64,000 nucleotides of DNA from Mobula hypostoma (Eukaryota), in assembly GCF_963921235.1 (NCBI RefSeq), contig NC_086101.1:5768001-5832000 (forward strand), read 5' to 3'. Below are positions 25,320 to 38,000 of the stretch, one piece after another. Made by a program: the position numbers and the translations under genes. How positions within the stretch are numbered: the first letter of the stretch is position 1; every line of letters starts with the position of its first letter. The notes beneath the pieces are model-generated. The model did no database searches. It was not told where the DNA came from and saw only the letters and a list, made by a program, of their open reading frames with translations.

Positions 25320-26090
25320 TCAAAGCAAACTTATTATGAAAATACATAGATCTCACCATATATAACCCTGGTGTTTATTTTCTTGCGGGCATACTCAATA
25401 AATCAACAGAATAATAAGAAACATAACGGAATCAATGAAAGACTGCACGAACCTGGCCGTTTAACCAGTGTGCAAACGACAACAAACTGCAAATACAAAA
25501 AGCCAGAATGAATAATAATAAATAAATAATCAATAAATACCAAGAACATGAAATGAAGACTATTTCAAAGGGAGTCCTTGGGTAATGGGAACGATTCAGT
25601 GATGGGGTACTGTGGTTATCCCCTTTTGTTCAAGAGCCTGATGGCTGAGGGGTAGTAACTGCTCTTGAACCTGGTGGTGCTCACCCTGAGGTTCATGTAC
25701 CTTCGTCCTCATGGCAGCAGTGAGAAAAGTGCATGCCCGTGGTGTTGGGGGTCGCTGATGATGAAAGCTGATTTCCTGCGACCGTGTTTCATGTCGATGT
25801 GCTCAACGGAGTGGAGGGCTTCACTCACGATGGAATGGGCTGGATCCACTACTCTTTGTTGGATTTTCCATTCAAGGGTTTTGCTGTTTCTATCCCAGGC
25901 TGTGTTGCAGCCAGTCAATATACCCTCCACCTCACATTCATAGAACTTTGTGAAAGTTTTAGATATCCTTCTGGATCTCTGCAAATTCCTAAGAATGTAG
26001 AGGCCCTGCCGTGCTTTCCTCGTAATTGTATTTACGTGCTGGGCCTGGAACAGGACATGCAAAATATTAACCCTGAGAAATTTAGAGTTG
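25320..26090 (-). mobile_element. Old Rex1/Babar 3' fragment (further RT fragment at ~24,820-25,025)
   Basis: TRKARQGLYILRNL...FYECEVEGILTGCNTAW...HHGHALFSLLP. Confidence 0.7.
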
Positions 26091-26199
26091 TCAGAATTTG
26101 TAATTCTCTACTGTAATTGTCCTGTGTATTGTACATCTGCCGTTGTCAGTGTCCCTTTATCTCACTTTAGGAAACGCATCTCGGTACATTCTTACTGAG

Positions 26200-26420
26200 A
26201 GTCTTGACTTACCGAAAGCGCTTGTCTGTTGCTGACTTCCTGCAGTGACAACACCTCACCACCCCACCCCCCACCCTTCCCACCCCACCACCCCCAGACA
26301 CAGTCAGACTCGGAGGGGACTTCCCAACAGTGACTCCTCTGGGTCGCACAGTTGTCGAGCCGAATCCCACGTGACAACAATGGGCAGACGATCTCTCATC
26401 GCCCCCTTGTGGTGACTGAC
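26200..26420 (-). promoter_or_regulatory. Putative promoter or non-coding first exon
   Basis: CTCF-like CCACAAGGGGGCG (26,400-26,412, -), USF E-box GTCACGTGG (26,367-26,375), NF-kB GGGACTTCCC (26,316-26,325), CCCCACCCC boxes, ETS CAGGAAGT (26,235-26,242, -) and a donor CG|GTAAGT at 26,213/26,212. Confidence 0.5.
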
Positions 26421-26711
26421 AGTAATTCGGAGCGTCAGATAAACCAGATTTCTGTCTCTCGAGATGGTGAACAAAGCAGGAAGCTTGAGAGAACAACAGT
26501 AACTGGTTAGATCAGTGGAAGCTATTTGCGGTAAAAGGAAAGCGGCTGAGAAATTCCTCCTCAGTAAGCCAAGGAAATTTGGCACAGAACATAAAAATCT
26601 ACAACACATTACAGGCCCTTTGGCCCACAACATTTTGCCAACCATGTAACCTCAAGAAAATGCCGAGAATTTCCCTAGCGCATAGCCCTCTATTTTTCTA
26701 AGCTCCATTAC

Positions 26712-27812
26712 ATAGAACCATAGAAAATAGGTGCAGGAGTAGGCCATTCGGCCCTTCGAGCCTGCACCGCCATTTATTATGATCATGGCTGATCATCCAA
26801 CTCAGAACCCCGCCCCAGTCTTCCCTCCATACCCCCCGATCCCTTTAGCCACAAGGGCCATATCTAACTCCCTCTTAAACATAGCCAATGAACTGGCCTC
26901 AACAGTTTCCTGTGGCAGAGAATTCCACAGATTCACCACTCTCTGTGTGAAGAAGTTTTTCCTAATCTCGGTCCTAAAAGGCTTCCCCTCTATCCTCAAA
27001 CTGTGACCCCTCGTTCTGGACTTCCCCAACATCGGGAACAATCTTCCTGCATCTAGCCTGTCCAATCCCTTTAGGATCTTATACGTTTCAATCAGATCCC
27101 CCCTCAATCTTCTAAATTCCAACGAGTACAAGCCCAGTTCATCCAGTCTTTCTTCATATGAAAGTCCTGCCATCCCAGGAATCAATCTGGTGAACCTTCT
27201 TTGTACTCCCTCTATGGCAAAGATGTCTTTCCTCAGATTAGGGGACCAAAACTGCACACAATACTCCAGGTGTGGTCTCACCAAGGCCTTGTACAACTGC
27301 AGTAGTACCTCCCTGCTCCTGTACTCGAATCCTCTCGCTATAAATGCCAGCATACCATTCGCCTTTTTCACCACCTGCTGTACCTGCATGCCCACTTTCA
27401 ATGACTGGTGTATAATGACACCCAGGTCTCGTTGCACCTCCCCTTTTCCTAATCGGCCACCATTCAGATAATAATCTGTTTTCCTATTTTTGCCACCAAA
27501 GTGGATAACTTCACATTTATCCACATTAAATTGCATCTGCCATGAGTTTGCCCACTCACCCAACCTATCCAAGTCACCCTGCATCCTCTTAGCATGCTCC
27601 TCACTGCTAACACTGCCACCCAGCTTCGTGTCATCCGCAAACTTGGAGATGCTGCATTTAATTCCCTCATCCAAGTCATTAATATATATTGTAAACAACT
27701 GGGGTCCCAGCACTGAGCCTTGCGGTACCCCACTAGTCACTGCCTGCCATTCTGAAAAGGTCCCGTTTATTCCCACTCTTTGCTTCCTGTCTGCTAACCA
27801 ATTCTCCACCCA
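26712..27812 (-). mobile_element. Very young 5'-truncated CR1 with an uninterrupted 337-aa RT C-terminal frame
   Basis: ORF 26,802-27,815 is open to the natural stop. TSD cattac at 26,706-26,711 and 27,813-27,818. Confidence 0.95.
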
Positions 27813-29022
27813 CATTACCTATCTGAGAGGCTCTTAAAAGACCCTATTGTATCCACTTCCACCACTGCCACCGAAAGTGCTTTCCACGCACCCACCACTC
27901 TCTATGAAAAACGTACCCCTGACATCCCCTCGCCACTTATTTCCAAGCACCTTAAAACTATGCCCCCTCATGTTAGCCATTTCAGCCTTGGGATAAAAAC
28001 CTCTGACTACCACACGATTAATGCCCCTCATCATCGTATACACCTCTATCATGTCACCTCTCATCCTCCATCGCTCCAAGGAGAAAAAGCCAAGTTCAGT
28101 CAATCTATTCACATTCGATACGCCCTCCAATCCAGACAACATCATTGTAAATCTCCACTGCACTATCTCTGTATCATCCGCATCCTTCCTGTACACAAAT
28201 GAACACAGTACTGCAAGGGGGTCTGACCAAGGTCTTATATAGCTGAAACATTACCACATAGTTCTTGAACTCAGTCACTTGGTTAATGAATGCTAACACA
28301 CCATACACCTTCTTAACAGTACTGTCACCCTGCTCAGCAGCTCTGAGTGTCCTATGGACATGGACCCCCAACGTCTCTCAGATCCACCGCACTGCCATCA
28401 ATCTTATCATTAATATTAAATTCCGTCTTCAAATTTGACCTACCAAAATGAACCACTTCACTCTTATCTGGGTTGAAGTCATCTGCCACTTCTCAGCCAA
28501 GTTCTGCATCCTATCAATGTCCCTCTATAACCTCTGACAGCCCTCCAGACTACCCACAACATCCCCAACCTTTGTGTCATCAGCAAACTTATTAACCCAC
28601 CCTTCTAATTATTCATCCAGGTCAGTCATAAAAATCACAAAGAGGAGGGGCCCCTGAACAGATTCCTGTGGAACACCATTGGTCACTAACTTCCATGCAG
28701 AATACGAACCATCTACAATCACCCTTTGCCTTCAGTGGGCAAGCCAATTCTGGATCCACAAAGCAAGGTCTCCTTGCATCTCTTGCCTCCTTACCTCCCG
28801 AAGGAGCCTTGCATGGGGAACCTTATCAAATGCCTTACTGAAATCCACATATACTACATCCACTGCTCTAGCTTCATCAATGTGCTTTGTTACTTCCTCA
28901 ACTAAATCAATCAGGCTCGTAAGGCAAAGCCATGCTGACTCTCCCTAATCAGATTATGTCTCTCCAAATGCTCATAAACCCTGCCTCTCAAGATCTTCTT
29001 CAACAGCTTTCCCAACTTTCCC

Positions 29023-29968
29023 TTAAGAAGAGCGGTCTTGGTCTGCCAATTTTCAAACATTACTACTGGGCAGCTAACTCCAGGGCTCTTATATACTGGA
29101 AATGTGGATTGCTTTACTCCTTTGGTTTCTACAGATTTTACTAGGGAAGCCTCGGCCAGGGACTTGAACTCAGAGATATCAGCGGAACTTTGGGAGGAGG
29201 CAATGTCCCGGGTTCACTGTTGTTCTATTAATTCACACTACAGGTTAATCCAGTACAAGGTGATGCATAGATTGTATTATTCAAAAACAAAACTGAATCG
29301 CTTCTTCCCATCTGTGGCTCCTGAATGCGACAGGTGCCGCTTTGCTGAGGGCTCACGAGCACATCTTTTCTGGTTTTGGCCTACATTATACAACTGTTGG
29401 ACTGCAATGTTTGACTGGCTCTCCAAAGTGTATTCCAGAGACATGCAGCCCAATCATGACCTCGCCATCTTTGGATGCTCTGCAGAGGCTCTTGAGTTGC
29501 CGCACGACATGCAGATAGCTCTCCATCTTGGAATGGTGGTGGCAAAGAAACTTATTCTTCTGACCTGGAAGTCTACTACTCCACCCACCTTCACACACTG
29601 GCTCAAGCAGATGTTGTCTATTACACAAATGGAAAGATTGTGTCTGCACAAACCCAGTACACAGAATACATTTGAGAGAATACATAGTGACCTTGACCTG
29701 TCTGGTTTCATGAGCGGGTGTGGTGCCTAACCGGATTCCTTTATTCATTTTACTTTACATTGCTTCCGTGATGTCACTATTGTATCAACTCTTTTTCTGA
29801 AAAGTTTATTTATGTAATCTTGTAAATTGTCTGGCAGCCTTTTTGTTTCTGTTTTTGATTTGTTCTGCCTGTGCTCCACCTGGAGCTGTATTTCCTGTGT
29901 ATTGTTTTGTCTGTCCTCAATATATTTTGTCTTTGTAAAATTGAAAATTGTAAATGAAGTATTAAAAA
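29023..29968 (+). mobile_element. L1-clade LINE 3' fragment (zf-RVT region, 3'UTR, short A tail)
   Basis: GLGLPIFKHYYWAA and LIQYKVMHRLYYSKTKL...CDRC...HLFW. 10-bp TSD caactttccc at 29,013-29,022 and 29,969-29,978. Confidence 0.85.
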
Positions 29969-30199
29969 CAACTTTCCCAGCACTGAAGTCACACTCACTG
30001 GTTTATAATTTCCTGGGTTATCTCTACACCCTTTCTTGAATAAGGGAACCACATTTGCATCCCTGCAATCCTCCAGTACTTCTCCCGTCCCAATTAATGA
30101 CACGAACATCATTGCGAGAGGCTCAGCAATCTTCTCCATCGCTTTTCACAGTAGCCTGGGGTATATCTCATCTGGTCCCGGTGACTTACCCAACCTGAT

Positions 30200-31540
30200 A
30201 GATATACTTTATTGATTTCGAGGGATTTTGTTACAGTTGCACCAACCAGGAATAGAGTATAAATATAGCAATATAAAACCATAAATAATTAAATAATAAT
30301 ATGTAAATTATGCCAGATGGAAATAAGTCCAGGACCAGCCTATTGACTCAGGGTGTCTGACCCTCCAAGGGAGGAGTTGTAAAGTTTGATAGCCACAGGC
30401 AGGAATGACTTCCTATGACGCTCAGTGTTGCATCTCGTTGGAATGAGTCTCTGGCTGAATGTACTACTGTGCCCACCCAGTACATTATGTAGTGGATGGG
30501 AGATATTGACCAAGATGGCACGCAACTTGGACAGCATTCTCTTTTCAGACACCACTGTCAGAGAGTCCAGTTCCATCCCCACAACATCACTGGCCTTACG
30601 AATGAGTTTGTTGATTCTGTTGGTGTCTGCTACCCTCAGCCTGCTGCCCCAGCACACAACAGCAAACATGATAGCACTGGCCACCACAGACTTGTAGAAC
30701 ATCCTCAGCATCATCCGGCAGATGTTAAAGGCCGTAGTCTCCTCAGGAAATAGAGACGGCTCTGACCCTTCTTGTAGACAGCCTCAGTGTTCTTTGACCA
30801 GTCCAGTTTATTGTCAATTCATATCCCCAGGTATTTGCAATCCTCCACCATGTCCATGCTGACCCCCTGGATGGAAACAGGTGTCACCGGTGCCTTAGCT
30901 CTCCTCAGGTCTACCACCAGCTCCTTAGTCTGTTTCACATTAAGCTGCAGATAATTCTGCTCACATCATGTGACAAAGTTTCCTACCGTAGCCCTGTACT
31001 CAGCTTCATCTCCCTTGCTGATGCATCCAACTATGGCAGAGTCATCAGAAAACTTCTGAAGATGGCAAGACTCTGTGCAGTAGTTGAAGTCCGAGGTGTA
31101 GGTGGTGAAGAGAAAGGGAGACCAGATAGTCCCCTGTGGAGCACCAGTGCTGCTCTTCACTCTGTCGGACACACAGTGTTGCAAGCACATGTACTGTGGT
31201 CTGCCAGTCAGGTAATCAAGGATCCATGACACCAGGAAAGCATCCACCTGCATCGCTGTCAGCTTCTCCCCCAGCAGAGCAGGGCAGATGGTGTTGAACG
31301 CACTGGAGAAGTCAAAAAACACGACCCTCACAGTGCTCGCTGGCTTGTTCAGGTGGGCGTAGACACGGTTCAGCAGGTAAACGATGGCATCCTCAACTCC
31401 TAGTCAGGGCTTGTAGGTGAACTGGAGGGGGTCTAAGTGTGGCCTAACCAAAGGCCGGAGCTGCTTCAGAACAAGTCTCTCCAGGGTCTTCATGATGTGG
31501 GAGGTCAAAGCCACCGGTCTGTAGTCATTGAAGCCACTGG
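30200..31540 (-). mobile_element. Rex1/Babar LINE fragment, same young family as 5,980-6,770
   Basis: DYRPVALTSHIMKTLERL, FFDFSSAFNTI, GAPQGT and KFSDDSAIVG. The 3' part is nearly identical to the 5,980-6,770 copy. Confidence 0.88.
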
Positions 31541-31679
31541 GGCTTTTCAAAAGCTCCAGCACATCCTCTTTCTTAATCTCTATATGCTCAAGCATTTCAG
31601 TCCACTGTAAGTCATCCCTACAATTGTCAAGGTCTTCTTTCCTCGTGAATACTTAAGCAAAGTATTCATTAATACCTCT

Positions 31680-32362
31680 CACAAAAAATGCTGGTGAACA
31701 CAGCAGGCCAGGCAGCATCTATAGGAAGAGGTACAGTTGACATTTCCAGCCAGGACCCATCATCAGGACTAACTGAAAGAATAGATGGTAAGAGATTTGA
31801 AAGTGAGAGGGGGAGATCCGAAATGATAGGAGAATACGGGAGGGGAGGGGTGGATCTAAGAGCTGGAAAGTTGATTGGCAAAAGTGATACCAGGCTGGAG
31901 AAGGGAGAGGATCATGGGACGGGAAGCCTGGGGGGAGAGAGAAGGGGGGAGGGGAGCCCGGAGGGTGGAGAGCAGGCAAGGAGTTATAGTGAGAGGAACA
32001 AAGGGAGAAATAAAAGGGGAAAAGTAAAATATATATATATAAAATAAATAACTAAGGGATGGGGTGTGAAGGGGAGGAGGGGCATCAACGGAAGTTAGAG
32101 AAGTCAATGTTCATGCCATTAGGTTGGAGGCTACCCAGACGGAATATAAGGTGTTGTTCCTCCAACCTGAGTGTGGCTTCATCTTGACAGTAGAGGAGGC
32201 CGTGGATAGACACACCAGAATGGGAATGGGACGTGGAATACAAATGTGTGGCCACTGGGAGATCCCGCTTTCTCTGGCGGACAGAGTTTAGGTGTTCAGC
32301 GAAATGGTCTCCCAGCCTGCGTTGGGTCTCACCAATATATAGAAGGCCACACTGGGAGCACA
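31680..32362 (-). mobile_element. Penelope 3' fragment (GIY-YIG plus terminal repeat)
   Basis: CSQCGLLYIGETQRRLGDHFAEH. Confidence 0.88.
31734..31771 (-). ncRNA. Slightly degenerate minimal hammerhead ribozyme motif in a Penelope end
   Basis: agtc-CTGATGA-tgggtcctggctg-GAAATGTC-aactg. Confidence 0.45.
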
Positions 32363-32593
32363 GAATTGGTTTGTGGTCGGAGACAGAGGGTGGTGGTGGA
32401 GGGTTGTTTTTCACACTGGATGTCCGTGAGCAGAGCTGAACCACGGGCATCGTTGCTGACTCCATTCTGTTTGTTATTCATGTTAATGAATTTGATGAGA
32501 GTGTAGGTGCATGGTTAGTAAGTTTCTGGAAGTGAAGCAAGAGGGAAAACAATGAAAGGGGCCCTGAGGGCGATGTTTACACAGAGAAGGTGG

Positions 32594-32796
32594 AAACAAC
32601 AGGAATTCTGCAGATGCTGGAAATTCAAGCAACACACATCAGAGTTGCTGGTGAACGCAGCAGGCCAGGCAGCATCTCTAGGAAGAGGTACAGTCGACGT
32701 TTCAGGACGAAGGGTCTCGGCCTGAAACGTCGACTGTACCTCTTCCTAGAGATGCTGCCTGGCCTGCTGCGTTCACCAGCAACTTTGATGTGTGTT
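32594..32796. repeat. Palindromic Penelope-terminus mini-element (76-bp inverted repeat, 14-nt spacer)
   Basis: Arms 32,631-32,706 and 32,721-32,796 differ by one mismatch. Flanked by acagagaaggtgg / acagaggtggtgg. Confidence 0.85.
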
Positions 32797-32896
32797 ACAG
32801 AGGTGGTGGTGAGTGTATCGAACGAGCTGCCACAGTAGGTGACAGCGGCAGGTAACTACACCATTTAAAAGACATTTAGATGTATATATGTACATG

Positions 32897-34888
32897 AAAC
32901 ATAAGACAATAAGACCATAATATATAGGGGCAGAAGTAGGCCATTCAGCCCATCGAGTGTGCTCTACCATTCAATCATGGGCCGATCCAATTCTTCCAGT
33001 CATCTGCACTCTCCTGCTTTCACCCCATACCCTTTGATGCCCTGCCTAATCAAGAACCTATCTATCTCTGCCTTAAATACACACAATGATTTGGCCTCCA
33101 CAGCCACTCGTGGCAAAAAAATTTCACAGATTTACCACCCTCTGACTAAAGTAATTTCTCCACATCTCAGTTCTAAAAGGACGCCCTTCAATCCTGAAGT
33201 TGTGCCCCCTTGTCCTAGGATCCCCTACTGTGGGAAATAAATTTGCTATATCTAATCTGTTCAGGTCTTTTAACATTTGGAATGTTTCTATGAGATCCCC
33301 CTCATTCTCCTGAACTCCAGGGAATACAGCCCAAGAGCTGCCAGACATTCCTCATACAATAACCCTTCCATTCCTGAAATCATTCTTGTGAATCTTCTTT
33401 GGACCCTCTCCAATGTCAGTATATCCTTTCTAAAATAAGGACCCCAAAACTGCACACAATACTCCCAAGTGTGGTCTCACGAGTGCCTTATAGAGCCTCA
33501 ACATCACATCCCTGCTCTTATATTCTATACATCTAGAAATGAATGCCATCATTGCATTTGCCTTCTTCACAAACGACTCAACCTGGAAGTTAACCTTCAG
33601 GGTATCCTGCACAAGGACTCCCAAGTCCCTTTGCGTCTCTGCATTTTGAATTCTCTCTCCATCTAAGTAATTGTCTGCCCATTTATTTCTTCCCCAAAAG
33701 TATATGACCATACACTTTCCAACATTATATTTCATTTACCACTTCTTTGCCTATTCCCCAAAACTATCTAAGTCTCTCTGCAGGCTCTCTGTTTCCTCAA
33801 CAATACCTATTCCTCCACCTATCTTTGTATCATTTGCAAATTTAGCCACAAATCCATTAATACTGCAGTCCAAATCATTGACATACATTGTAAAAAGCAA
33901 CGGTCCCAATATCAACCCCTGTGTAACTCCACTAGTAACCGGCAGCCAGCCAGATCCCTTTATTCCCACTCTCTGTTTTGTGCCAAACAGCCAATGCTCC
34001 ACCCACACTAGTAACTTCCCTGCAATTCCATGGACTCTTATCTTGCTAAGCAGCCTCTTGTGCGGCACCTTCTCAAAGGCCTTCTGAAAATCCAAAAACA
34101 CCATGTCTACTGCATCTGCTCTGTCTACCCTGCTTGTAATTTCATCAAAGAATTGCAGTAGATTTGTCAGGCAGGATTTTCCTTTCACCAAACCATGCTG
34201 GTTTTGTCCTATCTTGTCATGTGCCTCCAAGTACTCTGTTATCTCATCCCTAACAATCGATTCCAACAAACTCCCAACCACAGACATCAGACTAATATGT
34301 CTATAGTTTCCTTTCTGCTGCCTCCCACCCTTCTTAAATAGCGGGGTAACATTTGCAATTTTCCAGTCATCTGGTACAATGCTGGAATCTATGGATTCTT
34401 GAAAGATTATCGTTACTGTCTCTGCATTCTCTCCAGCTACTCCCTTCAGAATCCAAGGCTGATTCCATCAGGTTCAGGAGATTTATCCACCATCAGACCA
34501 TTAAGCTTCCTGAGCACCTTCTCAGTCGTAACTTTCACTGCACAAACTTCACTTCCCTGACACTCTTCAATGTCCGGTATACTGCAGATGTCTTCCACTG
34601 TGAAGACTGATGCAAAATATGCATTCAGTTCCTCTGCCATCTCTGCATCTCTCATTACAATATCTCCAGCGTTATTTTGTATTGGTTCTGTAACTACCCT
34701 CGACTCTCTTTTACGCTTTATATACTTAAAAACCCTTCTGGTATCTTCTTTGATATTAGTCGCCAGCTTCCTCTCATAATTCATCTTTTTGTTCTGAATG
34801 ACCTTCTTAGTTTCCTTCTGCAAGTTTTTAAAAGCTCCCCAATCCTCTATCTTCCCACACGCGGTGGCTTCCTTGTATGCCCTCTCTG
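32897..34888 (-). mobile_element. CR1 fragment (RT plus 3'UTR)
   Basis: QHGLVKGKSCLTNLLQFF, DFQKAFEKVPH and KFANDTKIGG. Confidence 0.9.
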
Positions 34889-35019
34889 AATGAATCATTC
34901 AGAGTGATATGGTCCAAACACGGACAAATGGGCAACTATACATAGTCACCTTGGTTGGCATGGGCAACTGAAGCCGGTGCTAGTAAACCTGATTCTGATT
35001 TGGGGGGGAGCCAGCAAGG

Positions 35020-38000
35020 TGGATTCAGGATTGGCTCGATGATCACTAACAGACAGTGATGGTGGAAGGTCGATTATCTTACTGAAGGCGTCCACCAGTG
35101 AGATGCTTGAGGGGTTACTGTTGTGATCTCCATAATTCATTAATTATGGTATGATTTGGATGTGAATGTACACAGTATGATTAACAAGTTTGCTGATGCA
35201 ACAAAACTAGGGGGTCTGGTTGACAGAGAAGCAAGTTACAATGAATTATAAAGGGATCTTGATCATTTAGGGGAATGGGCTGAGGAAATCAAATGGATTT
35301 CAATCTCGATAAATGTGAGATAATGCACTTTGGACATTCAAACCAGGGTAGGAGTTGTACAGTGAATGACAGGGCACTGACGAGTGTTGTGGAACTGGGT
35401 GTACAGGTGCACAGTTCACTGAAAAGGTGAACGTAGACAGGGTGATGAAAAAAGTGTTCAGCATGCTGGCCTTCATCAATTCAGGAATAGGGACATAATG
35501 TTGCAGTTATACATGTCACTGAAGAGGCCACACTTGGAGTATTGTGTCCAGTTTTGGTCACCCTGTGACAGGAAGGGCAATGACAAGCTGAAGTGGGTTT
35601 AGAGGAGAATTTATGAGAAAACCATTGGGCCAAAAGTGTCTGATTTATACAGCGAGGTTGGCCACACTGGATATTTATTCCTGGGAGTGTTGGAAAATGA
35701 GAGGTAACCTCATAAAAGTTAACAAAGTCAGGAGGGGTAGGGATAAGGTCATGGTGTTTTCCTGAGGATTGGAGAGTTCAAAACTAGCGTACACAGATAC
35801 AATACATGATGGGAGAGACTTAAAAGAGACCTGAGTGGTAATGTCTTCACACAGAGGGCAGCGAGTCCCGGGAATGAGCTGCCAGAGGCAGTGGTCGAGT
35901 TGGGTGCAAATGCAACATTTACAGTAGAGGCATTTGGATAGGTACAGGGAGGGGAAGGGCCTGGAGGATTATGGGCCAAACACAGGCATCTGGGTCTAGC
36001 GGGTAGGTAGCGTGGTCAGTATGGGCCAATGGGCTATCTGGGACTAGCAGGTAGGTAGTGTGGTCAGTGCAGGCCAATGGGCTATCTGGGTCTAGCGGGT
36101 AGGTAGTGTGGTCAGTAAGGGCCAATGGGCTATCTGGGTCTAGCGGGTAGGTAGTGTGGTCAGTATGGGTCAATGGGCTATCTGGGTCTAGTGGGTAGGT
36201 AGTGTGGTCAGTACGGGCCAATGGGCTATCTGGGTCTAGCGGGTAGGTAGTGTGGACAGTACGGGCCAATGGGCTATCTGGGTCTAGCGGGTAGGTAGTG
36301 TGGTCAGTACGGGCCAATGGGCTATCTGGGTCTAGCGGGTAGGTAGTGAGGTCAGTACGGGTCAATGGGCTATCTGGGTCTAGCGGGTAGGTAGTGTGGT
36401 CAGTATGGGCCAATGGGCTATCTGGGTCTAGTGGGTAGGTAGTAAGGTCAGTACGGGCCAATGGGCTATCTGGGTCTAGTGGGTAGGTAGTGAGGTCAGT
36501 ATGGGCCAATGGGCTATCTGGGTCTAGTGGGTAGGTAGTGTGGTCAGTATGGGCCAATGGGCTATCTGGGTCTAGCGGGTAGGTAGTGAGGTCAGTACGG
36601 GTCAATGGGCTATCTGGGTCTAGTGGGTAGGTAGTGTGGTCAGTATGGGCCAATGGGCTATCTGGGTCTAGCGGGTAGGTAATGAGGTCAGTACGGGTCA
36701 ATGGGCTATCTGGGTCTAGCGGGTAGGTAGTGTGGTCAGTACGGGCCAATGGGCTATCTGGGTCTAGTGGGTAGGTAGTGAGGTCAGTACGGGCCAATGG
36801 GCTATCTGGGTCTAGTGGGTAGGTAGTGAGGTCAGTATGGGCCAATGGGCTATCTGGGTCTAGCGGGTAGGTAGTGTGGTCAGTACGGGCCAATGGGCTA
36901 TCTGGGTCTAGCGGGTAGGTAGTGTGGTCAGTACGGGTCAATGGGCTATCTGGGTCTAGCGGGTAGGTAGTGAGGTCAGTATGGGCCAATGGGCTATCTG
37001 GGTCTAGCGGGTAGGTAGTGAGGTCAGTATGGGCCAATGGGCTATCTGGGTCTAGCGGGTAGGTAGTGTGGTCAGTACGGGTCAATGGGCTATCTGGGTC
37101 TTGCGGGTAGGTAGTGTGGTCAGTATGGGTCAATGGGTTATCTGGGTCTAGCGGGTAGGTAGTGTGGTCAGTATGGGTCAATGGGCTATCTGGGTCTAGC
37201 GGGTAGGTAGTGTGGTCAGTACGGGTCAATGGGCTATCTGGGTCTAGCGGGTAGGTAGTGTGGTCAGTATGGGTCAATGGGCTATCTGGGTCTAGTGGGT
37301 AGGTAGTGAGGTCAGTATGGGCCAATGGGCTATCTGGGTCTAGTGGGTAGGTAGTGAGGTCAGTATGGGTCAATGGGTTATCTGGGTCTAGCGGTTGGTA
37401 GTGTGGTCAGTATGGGTCAATGGGTTATCTGGGTCTAGCGGGTAGGTAGTGTGGTCAGTATGGGTCAATGGGCTATCTGGGTCTAGCGGGTAGGTAGTGA
37501 GGTCAGTATGGGCCAATGGGCTATCTGGGTCTAGCGGGTAGGTAGTGTGGTCAGTATGGGCCAATGGGCTATCTGGGTCTAGCGGGTAGGTAGTGTGGTC
37601 AGTACAGGCCAATGGGCTATCTGGGTCTAGCGGGTAGGTAGTGAGGTCAGTACGGGTCAATGGGCTATCTGGGTCTAGCGGGTAGGTAGTGTGGTCAGTA
37701 CGGGCCAATGGGCTATCTGGGTCTAGCGGGTAGGTAGTGTGGTCAGTATGGGCCAATGGGTTATCTGGGTCTAGCGGGTAGGTAGTGTGGTCAGTACGGG
37801 CCAATGGGCTATCTGGGTCTAGCGGGTAGGTAGTGAGGTCAGTATGGGTCAATGGGCTATCTGGGTCTAGCGGGTAGGTCGTGTGGTCAGTATGGGTCAA
37901 TGGGCTATCTGGGTCTAGCGGGTAGGTAGTGTGGTCAGTACGGGCCAATGGGCTATCTGGGTCTAGCGGGTAGGTAGTGAGGTCAGTATGGGTCAATGGG

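Larger units (their letters stand above)
26587..31680 (-). mobile_element. Older CR1 interrupted by three younger LINEs
   Basis: Host pieces 26,587-26,711, 27,813-29,022, 29,969-30,200 and 31,542-31,680 are collinear CR1 sequence. Confidence 0.8.
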
